From: Lingula anatina | Taxonomy: Eukaryota; Animalia; Brachiopoda | Length of the DNA stretch: 64,000 bases | NCBI GenBank assembly: GCA_051362555.1 | Contig: CM120645.1 | Span: 8,308,001-8,372,000 of the forward strand | Direction: 5' to 3' | In this document: positions 54,030 to 64,000 of the stretch, one piece after another | How the letters are laid out: every line of letters begins with the position of its first letter | Position numbering within the stretch: the stretch's first letter is position 1 | Notes under the pieces: model-generated | Seen by the model: only the letters and a program-made list of their open reading frames with translations | Database searches by the model: none | Told to the model about the DNA's origin: nothing | Made by a program: the position numbers and the translations under genes

Positions 54030-55335
54030 CTCATAAGGTAACAGCTGGAGGCGAAAATCAGTAGTGTGACTAACGTATGACAAAAAGGACTGTGTTAGAG
54101 AAGATGACACATGTTCGGACTGTGAAAAGAACTTCTACAGCATCTAAAACGAGGGATTGGTTGGAGTTAAAAGACGTTTTGGTGTCCAGCATCTTTCTGA
54201 AGCATCTTTTAGAACAGTCCTCATCGGCACACTTGCACAGTACTTTACAAGGTGTATTTTCTGTTTCTATAAAAGTAAATGTTTTGAATCTATCAAAGAA
54301 ATCTTCTCAACGTTTTGTTACGTTGTCATTATTAGCAGCCTTAATCTTAACCCCAACCACGCTACGTTTTATCGACTAAAAAGGATCAAATGTGGTGCTT
54401 CACAAACAGGGTATGGTAGAATTTTAATATTTCGAAAAATATTAAAGGGATAATAACTCTTCGCTTTGGCCAAAAAATGAATTTTCCTGGAGTAGACAAC
54501 AATTTTCCCATACTTACCGATGGTTAATGAATCCATTTTTACATTCAAAGTTAGTCCCTGGTTTTTTTCTAAAAAGCTTGGTTTTTTGTTAAAATCTCTT
54601 AAGAGATTTTAACAGAGTATAGCCATCAATGGAGGTCACGTGGTCTAAAGACAAGCTCAGATATCAGAATAATAGCTATAACTGCCGTTTTTGTGGTAAA
54701 ACAGAATATGTTATATTTCTATGAGTTATTCACAATGTTTTTATTGTGAAATATAGATCTCATACGAAGAGTTATTATCCCTTTAATTGTTAAAAATGTC
54801 ATTTTGTGGCCTAAGAGGAATGAAATGTAATTCCATCCCGATCATGTGTAGCTATAAAATGGACTGAGGCTGCTGTACACTGAAAGACGAAAATAAATAC
54901 AAGAAAAAACTTTATTATCAGTGTGTACATGGCATCTTTTTGCATGTATACAAAGAAGCACGCAAAGGTAGGTTTTATTCAAAATTTCAGAATGACAAAA
55001 ATATTTTCCTTGCACAGTGCCACTTGTTTCATGTCTGCAAGCATTTCATTCCTGAATGACTCTTTCTCTCTCTCTCGCTCTCTCTCTCCCTCTCGCTCTC
55101 ATTCTCTCTTTTTCTTACGCTTGCGCGCGCGCGCGCGCACACACACAAACACACACACACACACACCTACGGTCAGGTTTATCCATATACAGGTCCTTTT
55201 CATATAACACTGCATGAGGGCTTTTTTGCATCGTCGTCACCAGACTCAGAAAATGTCGGTTACTCAGCTTCGCCACAGAGTTTTATTCCTCATATGGTAC
55301 ATGCATATGTTCCTGTATATACGGCATATCAATTA
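54030..55335 (+). repeat. Duplicate of the region downstream of SLC43 copy B
   Basis: Direct match to about 31445-32405, interrupted by a family D MITE. Confidence 0.85.
54446..54782 (+). mobile_element. Kolobok-like MITE, family D
   Basis: TTAA flanks; the paralogous site near 31850 is empty. Confidence 0.85.
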
Positions 55336-57446
55336 CTTGAAGTCGAGATCGTCGTCAACGAGACAAAATAGTGTGGACTCGGAGATGGTGTTCTAATTGT
55401 CATTTTCAACACATTTTGGTTTGAATATCATTCAAGAGTAATCGAACAGCGTAGGTAGGTATATTTATATACAAAGATCAGATACTAAGCATTGGAAGTA
55501 ATGTTGACTTACCCAGTCATGTAAACCACCATATTCTACTTACAAGTGACAGATACATTTCTTATAGCATACTATCTTCCAATCACAAAGATTCCGTATA
55601 GATTTATCTAAAACGAGTTTAAGCTCTGTCGTGAATATAACATTTTTTGTTAAAAATATCGTTGAGGTATATAATGCTTGGAACTCACAACGGACGAGTA
55701 ATAACTATAAATCACATTTTTGGTCCCCACCTCATTAAGTGTCCAAATTTTTCATGTACACGTAAATAAATTGGTTGTCAATACTTGTCCTTCATTCATG
55801 AAAACTATCATCAATTTTGGATGAATATTCAAGACTCGAGGTTATATGTGGGCATTCTTTGGAATGCGACAAGTTGCCCACATAACCTCTTCAACAGAGT
55901 TCACGAGAAAAACAAAAACAGCGCATTTTATTGAAATGTAGGCTTACGCCTCATACGCAGGTAAAGTTGACCGTAGAACTGACATCCCAATTGTTTTAAT
56001 GAATGGAGAAATAAAGCCCTTCCTGAAGTGAATATACATGTATATATTGAAAATGACTAAAAACGCACTTAATTGGCGTATTTGTCGAAAGTAAAACTTG
56101 TTTGTTATAATCCAGAGAAAATGAATGAGAAGTAAGTTGAATACAGGAGACAAATTAAGGTTCCAGCAATTCAATCGATGGAATAATCACTTAATTGATT
56201 TTTAAATTTTTTCACACGACCCAGAACCAGAAAAATATGCAATTTTTCCCTAATGTATTACATGTAGATCCAATCACTCAGAATTGTCTTTGGACTTATA
56301 CGGATGTCCCATATAACTGACAGAAAGTCTCCCATGACAGAGAGTCCGCTTCCCATTCATTTGTACAGGTAAGCCTGGCCCGAGATTTTTGCCCACTTAA
56401 GTCAAGCTAACCCTAACCGTTATAACTAAATGGATGGCGGACTTTCTATTTTCTTCATGTGCCTTCAGGTAGTTCAAAGTTGCAAAAGAAATAGCAATTT
56501 CCCCAATCTTACGACAATCCCAATACATAAATTCCGAGACTATGCCGATCTTCATCTCGTGGTCACTTTATTTAGATGCCCGCTTGGGGGCGTTTGTGTT
56601 GTTTGCTTGCAAGCGACACCAGCTGTGAGACAACCACTCAGTCACTCTCACCCTTTCGCTCCACAGTATAAACAGTGGGAATCTTTAAGAAACGGTGCTT
56701 ATTGAAGGTTGGCGTACTCTCTAACTGTCGGTCACAAGGAGCGTGAGGACGGGTTATTCGAAGATTGAAGATTTAAGACCAAGCTGTAACAGTATTCCTA
56801 CGACAGTCCTCGCTGTTTGTTATTAACACCCTGACACAACTTACAGGTAATTATGAGAAAAAGGATTGCATTGGTCGATACCTGTCTTTCGTCTATCTGC
56901 ATTTAAGATCACATTAATTTGAGCTACTGCTCCATTTGCACAATTTTTCCAGGAGTCGTATTGTATTAAATAATATAGTACACCCTGATCGCTGCTTTTA
57001 TTGATGTTTTATAAGTATAATAAGTAGTATTTTGCTTCTTTCTGGTTCTTGAGCCTGTAACCTCAAGTGTAAATTATTAAACTCACCCGCACGTCTTTGA
57101 TTGATACCCATTCATAAGCTTCGCATAATATGCAAGTTCTGTCTGAATTGCGCCTGACTTCATTCATCTTGTAATATATGCATTTTTCGTCAATATTTCC
57201 TATGGCTTTGTACATATTATGTGTCAGAAATGCGATAATTGTGACGCACTTCGTGTATTTTTTATTATCATATCGTATTGTCTGGGTAAAAAAGATCCCA
57301 ATTCAAACTTTATATATATATATATATAGGGACAAAGATTTCTGCTTTTTACTGACGACATACGAAATTTTGGCACATTTAGTGTGGTTAACGGCCTTCA
57401 ATATTTATTATTTATTAATTCTTTTATACAAATTCTTTAAACAGAA

Positions 57447-57561
<115 letters not shown>

Positions 57562-58108
57562 CAGGGAGAAATTGTACTGTAACTGGATTTCTTAGTGATA
57601 CAAATGCCTTTTCTTTCACATATGAGTCTATTCAAAAAGTTTACTACATCCTGCATTTCGACACCCTTTATGATCATTATTAATAAAGACAGCAAATAAA
57701 ACACTTGACTATTACAATTATACAAATAACTATTTGTCCTCACCATTCTAAGCTTACGGTAGTCCATAAGGTCTGGTCGGAAAATACGTTTAGAAATGAA
57801 CATGCTATTCAATTATTGCGAGTGTAAAATATTGGGAGTGTTTTGAACTCCAGATGTCCCAAAGTAATTATTTTTGGGTCCGTTGATATCACATTACTTG
57901 CCAATATGCCATGATTAGAAGACTAAGACTGAGCTCTTTTTCCCGTCAATGAGGTGAGTTGTCCAGCCAATAGGAGCAGTCAAATTGACGCCTACTCTCT
58001 TGTGACCCTAACCGTTAGCATCACAGGAAAGCTAGGAAAGCGTGAGTGAGTACAGCTCACATGTCAAATCAGTCCCGCCAAAACGCCAAGGTCAAATCAA
58101 CCTTATTA

Positions 58109-58279
58109 CCGGGTAACAGGAATGGAAGTCCGCTAGGAACCGTAGTCCGCTCCCCATTGCTTTTTACAGGTGACATTCGTCCCATATACTAACCCCAATA
58201 CTCCAACTAACCCTAACCTGTACTAATTATATGGAAGCCCTGTCTTCCACTCCTAGGACTTCCATTCCTGTTACACCGG
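58109..58279. mobile_element. MITE inserted at a CCGG site
   Basis: CCGG at both ends. The paralogous position near 45960 has a single CCGG and no element. Confidence 0.8.
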
Positions 58280-58887
58280 CAATATAGTATAAAGTATAAA
58301 TTGTTCCGAAGGGACAAAGATTTCTGCTTTTTACTGACGATATACGAAATTTTGGCACATTTAGTGTGGTTAACGGCCTTCAATATTTATTATTTATTAA
58401 TTCTTTTATACAAATTCTTTAAACAGAAATAACTATGGCGAAAATAATGGAAATGATTTGAAACGATATCAAGGGACACCTTATAGACTACAACCAACTT
58501 GGTCGTACACTGTAGACCTTTCATCCGACTGACTCGAGTAAATGTTATCACTCCATACGGAAGATACGAGAGGCAATCCACATCAGCCGTCAACATGCAG
58601 CCACCCATGAATAGGGGACGGGGTGTCGATCTACATGACATTACAATAGGGTTCTAGCCACTATACGACCAAACAGCCAGGGAGTAACAACATTTACTCA
58701 AGTCAGTCTGATGAAGGCCTACTACCTCAAGCTTACGTATGGTGAGGAAAACTTTTCCGACTTGTGCCCAGTAGTTATAATTCGCATTCAAATACCAAGC
58801 TAATGGACATTTTTGCTTAATGCAATTATTTCTAAAATGTTAGGCATAGGGATAGAGAATATATGGGTATGGTTTCATCTTGGCGTT

Positions 58888-59115
58888 ATTACCTCCTCCA
58901 AGGAAGTATGTTTTCACCCCTGTTTGTTTGTCTGTCTGTCATCAACATAACTCAAAAAGTTATGGACCGATTTTGATGAAATTTTCAAGAACTGTCAGAA
59001 AGGGGGCCAAGGAAAAGGTGATTAGTTATTGGTGGTGATCCGGATCAATAATCAATAATAATGAAAAAAAATTGCTGCCTTGGCGGAGGTCTGCGCTCTC
59101 GGATTGCTTTCTAGT
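58888..59115 (+). mobile_element. Helentron-type non-autonomous element (HINE/DINE-like)
   Basis: ttacctcc(t/g)ccaagg start, (GTTT/GTCT)n tract, subterminal ccttggcggagg and a ctagt end. Confidence 0.7.
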
Positions 59116-59971
59116 ATTTGTTCTGGGAAAGGAAGGGGGAGAGAAGAGGGGGTAGGGGGTACCTCCAACGCCAGAGAGGGTAGAGCGGAGAAAACACATG
59201 CTTGTCTTGGAGACATGATTTGTTAGTCTTGAAAACTTCCAGCACGTCTATAAGGCTACATAAAGACAGAAAAAAAACTTATATGGACACGTCGTCTTTA
59301 GATCGTGAAGAAACATTTTTTGATTTCGTATCCAACATCTACGACAAGCAGTTACATGTTATATGCATAATTAGCTCAGTTCCAACTCTGAATTTGTATT
59401 GAAAGACTGTGCGTGTTGTGTTAACCGAGTCATAAAGGACACTATACTTTTCTGTCCCCAACAACATAATGAAGAATTTTGGAGTAAATCGTTTCAAATC
59501 ATATGGAATTCATACCCACTGTTCAATGTTCATTATAATAATAATAATAATAATAATAGTTATTATCATTGTTATTATTCTTATTATAATTTTTATGTTT
59601 ATTTAAATTCTTGAGTCTTTACAATATGAAGAATATATTATACACGTAAATGATAAGGAAATGGTTGATTAAACAAATTGATGTAAATTATGAAAAATTT
59701 AAAATCCGTTACTTCATCAAGTCCATAGAAAATCATTTAGAAATTCCAGGGTCATAATACGTAAGTTATAAAATTTTCTAAAAAAAAAAAGATAACGACT
59801 TTGTGGATCATAATTCTGTGAACAGTTTTCAGTATGGAATACATATGTGATGAAGGGAGAAATAATTAAGTATTTAAATTTCCTGGAAAATTTTAAATTT
59901 TAATAAATGTGTGACTTGCAGGTTGTGGGTGATCAAGTTCAAGTCCAAGGTCAAGAATAAGCTGAAGTCCA

Positions 59972-61383
59972 ATGCACGGTTTGCAGGCAAGCCCCAGAAA
60001 GACAGAATATCCCTTCAAATGCAGGACCGCGGCGTTCCAAATTATGAGGAAACCAAAGGGATTCATGGTCTTAGTCTCAGTGACTGCGTTTTTTATCTTC
60101 CTATCTCTGAATTTAAACATGGACACATGGCATCACAAGAAATGGCTTGCATTGAAGAACTTTTCGGATTTTATAATCGCCTTAGGCGAGTGGTTTTAGA
60201 ATACATTTATTTTCAGTAATTCAACTCTTTCTCTGCCCAAACGGCCAATAGTGTTAAGATCTTCTGGCCAGGTTTTTTCAACTGTGAACCGCTTTTATAA
60301 ACCTGCGGCGCTTTAAATTGTTCACTTTTTCAAAATTTTGAGTTCACCGTTTCTTATATTTAAAAAAAGTCAACTTGCACACCTTATTGAATTAAAGCTT
60401 TTTGGCCGCAAGTGAGTTAGACAACCCATTAGTTAAACTCTATTTTATTAATTAAAATTAAAGTTTAATCAGAATTGAACAGACATACACGTCCTTTAAC
60501 AGAAGAGAAGCAAACAAGTTCTATGGAACTGTCATTAATCGTTAAGATATACATATTTTAGAAAGAAGAAGAATGATGAATCTGGCTCCGCCATCATGGG
60601 GAGGGTACGAGTTCAACTTCTCAAAGAAGATCTATACATTGAAAGACTGTTCAGATTTTATAAACGGTTTAGGTGAGATTTTACAATACATTTTTTTTTC
60701 TAAATCCATATCTTTCTCTGTCCCAACGGCCAAGAGATCTTCTAGCCAGATTTTGTCAACTGTGACCCGTATTTTATTGCCTGTCTGAACTAAACTGTTT
60801 ATTTTTTCATTTTAAGTAAAACTGTTTCTATTATTCAGAAAAGTCCATTTTAAATGTACCACCTTCGTGAATTGAAACTTTTTCATTAAAATGAGTTGAA
60901 TAACCCATAAGTTATGTTTTAATAATCAAAATTTATGTCGAAATTAACAGCCTTGCATCTACAACAGCAGATTTCTTCTCGTTATTTAAGAAGCAAACCA
61001 GTTCTAAAAAACTTTAATAAATCGTTAATATATACATATTTTAGAAAGAAGAAGGATGATAAATCTGGTACCGCCAACGTGGGGAGAACTCGAGGTCAAA
61101 TTCTTAAAAACCGGTATAAAACTCGGAGGTCAGTGGAAGCCGGAAAACTGCACAGCTCAAACGCACGTGGCCATCATTATACCCTTCCGTGACCGCGACG
61201 CACACTTAAGAATCTTCCTGAACAACATGCACCCATTTTTACAAAAGCAAAAACTGGACTACCGAATCTATATAGTTGAACAGGTAGGCCTGCTCGAGAA
61301 GAGTGGACGAATCTCTCTCTCTCTCTCTCTCTCTCTGTCTTTTTACCTCCGCCAAGGAGGTTATGTTTTCACCCCTGTTTGTT

Positions 61384-61415
<32 letters not shown>

Positions 61416-62124
61416 ATCAACATAACTCAAAAAGTTATGGACAGATTTTGATGAAATTTTAGGGAACTGTGAGAAGTAGGCCAAGGAACAGGTGATTAGT
61501 TTTTGGTGGTGATCCGGATCAATAATCAATCAATAATCAATAATAAAAAAAAAATAAATAAATCATTATAGAATGAAAATTTAAGGGTGAAACGGCATTG
61601 GGTGGAGACTTTGCTACCTTGGCGGATGTCTGCGCTCTCCGAGTGCTTTTCTAGTTTCTTATAAAACTGGCTTTTGATAATTGGTCATAGGCGGCGGGAA
61701 ATAATTCGCCTCTCTACGATGTGTATATATGCTTTTACACTTTAAGTGCTAACCTATTGATTCCGTAATCTATACAACTCATTTACGAAGAGTCGCGCAT
61801 ATCTTTTATTCCCATACATAATTTTACTTTTGCTTGTAGAAAGCTACTACTATATTCAACCGAGGTCTCCTAATGAACATCGGATTTGTTGAGTCAGCTA
61901 AAATAGACAAAGACTCGTACGACTGTTTCGCCCTTCACGACGTCGACTTGTTACCGGAAAACGAGTGGAATTTCTACAACTGCGCAGAAAAAGTGAAACA
62001 CATGTCAGCCAACGTTGATAAGTTCAAAGAAGGGTAAATATGTGTGAGTTCTTGTGCTTGTGTTTGTTTTTGTATGTACATGTTTCTGCGTTAGAATTAC
62101 ATTAACGCCCGTGCGCGCGCGCGC

Positions 62125-62169
<45 letters not shown>

Positions 62170-63973
62170 AGGGTAGATGTATTGGCGACAGAAATGCATA
62201 ACGTGTTCTCGCTAATTAATCTGTATTTTCCAGTTGTACCTTAGGGTGAGTTTCGCGGGTTACATATAATTTGCTTGCTTTTACAATGATTCCATTTTGC
62301 AACCGCAACACAATTTGGCTCTACACCCTTTACTTATTACTTAGATCAAACTTTGCAATTCATGCTCGACGTGTGAACTCCACCGATTTTAGCAGCAGCA
62401 TTTATCATTGCTGCGAGCAACATTATCTAATTTAAAACTGAGCGCCAATTTTATTTCAGACTTCTCTACCCGACAATTATAGGAGGAGTGACCATGCTCA
62501 CTAAATCACAATATCGCCAGGTGAACGGCTTTCCAAACACGTACTTTGGGTGGGGAGGCGAGGACGATGACCTTTATATAAGGTATATATATATATATAA
62601 TTTCTAATGTTACGTCAAAAGGCTACTTGTATATATGCCGTCATGAAATAATGACGTCACTGTCTAGTTTGCTGGTGACGACGGCGTAAAATTGCGTCAT
62701 TTTTTAAAATCATATGTCACGCTTTTGTTTGTTAGGCTTTTTTATCATATTTATAAATTTATCATTATTGACAGATTTGTGCCTTGTAAAGAGCTACATT
62801 GACTAATAGACTTTCTGTAAAAGCACCTCAATGAATTTGACATTTAAATGAAATAAACATCATATACATAAATATACCAACAACTTTGCTGTTACAATCC
62901 CCCATTTTGTAACTTATTATCATATTACATTTCGTCATTTTAATAAATGACAATATCAGTCATATTGACTTATTTCTTATTTGATTTTGAGCAAAAACTG
63001 AGCTTCGTTGTGCTTGTGAACATTTGGCTACATAAAACTGATGTTCAGTTTGTGCAGTTTAAAACTTATACTTCTTACATTAACAGAGTCGACAAAAACG
63101 GGGGATTAACCAGAGTGCCCTTTGATATTGGGCGATACAGAATGATAAAACATAATCCGGATTCTGGTAATCCATTAAACCTGTTAAGGTAAGGTTATCG
63201 AGAAGAGCCGAGGTCTAGCAAGGCCGAGACCTAAACATGGCGGGCCTACATCAAAGGAAGTCCGCGTAATCCTGAATGAATGTCAATGAATGTCATTGAG
63301 AGACCATAAAAGGATTATGCAGTCTTCCTTTCATGTAGGTCCGCCATATTTGGGTCTCGGCCTTGCTAGACCTCGGCTCTTCTCGATGTGAATGTTCTCT
63401 TAGACTGCGTTTGCATTGCATGAGAGAGAGAGAGTCGCACAAGAGTTGGAGTCATGTTTGTGGTCGGCAGGCGTGTAGAAAGTAAACATTAAGGGAAAGT
63501 TAACTATTCTGAAAAGATAAACTTGCATACATTTATTATTTATTTTATATCTTTATTTATTTATTTATACTATTTCGACTTATTTATCCTAATTTTGACT
63601 GATTGAACGTATCTGTAGGTATGGAGTAACAACAGTTTTCAAACAATGGTCCTTCCAACTTCCTACTGTTTAGACCAACGATTAAGCGGTCCATCTCACG
63701 ATTTATTTTAGAAGCATATTCCTGTTCTGGGAAGTGCCCCAGGGCCCGCCTAATCAATCTATTTTGTCACAACAAGGGTTCTGTTATTCTTCAATGAATA
63801 AATCTAATATTTTTCTCAGACATTCACTACTCCATTATGCAAAGCTACGATGGGAAATGGACGGGCTAAGTAGTCTTGAAGGGACTTACACTGTGTTAAA
63901 GACCGACGAGTTTCTACTGTACACGAGAATATACGTGGATGTCGATCCGAATGCCGTTTACACTAACATAAAG
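59972..63973 (+). CDS. GT7 beta-1,4-GalNAc/Gal-transferase-like protein, copy 3; 3' exons expected beyond the window
   Basis: Exons 59972-60185 (GC donor), 60562-60672, 61045-61283, 61840-62033, 62460-62582, 63087-63188, 63820-63973. Frame is open with HDVD, GWGGEDDD and YRMIKH intact. The same phase-0 donor follows NIK. Confidence 0.85.
61343..61655 (+). mobile_element. Helentron-type non-autonomous element (HINE/DINE-like)
   Basis: Same family as 58888-59115. Inserted in a T-run and absent from the copy 2 intron (about 43585). Confidence 0.75.
63197..63387. mobile_element. Near-perfect 190-bp foldback element
   Basis: atcgagaagagccgaggtctagcaaggccgagacc is exactly complemented at the right end. 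Absent from copies 1 and 2. Confidence 0.8.
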
Positions 63974-64000
63974 GTATGCTGTTATATAAAGCTTTCCTGA

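Larger units (their letters stand above)
51113..57164. repeat. Inverted repeat, arms about 51113-52585 and 55641-57164
   Basis: Colinear reverse-complement similarity over about 1.5 kb, e.g. aatgaagtcaggcgcaat / attgcgcctgacttcatt and gggtcgtgtgaaaaaatttaaaaatcaattaagtg. Confidence 0.85.

Noticed and set aside
54077-54453. ORFs of about 100 aa also seen at 31592-31897
   Set aside because: Duplicated non-coding 3' flank; frames and stops are not conserved between the copies.
58705-58735. CTGATGA followed by AGGCCT as a hammerhead core
   Set aside because: No closing stem II and GAAA, and the paralogous site reads CTGATAA.

Overview
AT-rich eukaryotic genomic DNA, most likely from a marine invertebrate (the organism cannot be fixed from sequence alone). 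The window is a duplicated gene cluster. It holds two SLC43-family transporter genes (+), a decayed inverted fragment of a third, and three paralogous GT7 beta-1,4-galactosyl/N-acetylgalactosaminyltransferase genes (14.4-22.2 kb +, 37.3-45.0 kb -, and 60.0 kb to beyond the window end +). I assembled the exons by hand. In both complete GT7 copies the catalytic domain splices in frame, with no stop, into a linker exon, an EGF-like exon and three C-type lectin exons, giving a TM-GT7-EGF-CTLD fusion of about 570-580 aa. The paralogs differ at the donor-specificity residue (Tyr/Leu/Ile at the bovine B4GalT1 Tyr289 position) and at the lectin sugar motif (EPN vs APD). All three carry a chimeric stem exon made by duplication of an intron with its flanking exon ends. 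Copies 2 and 3 are arms of a large imperfect inverted duplication. Introns and spacers are dense with MITEs, LINE fragments and a DR1-motif tandem array. All gene models are manual and have no transcript support.
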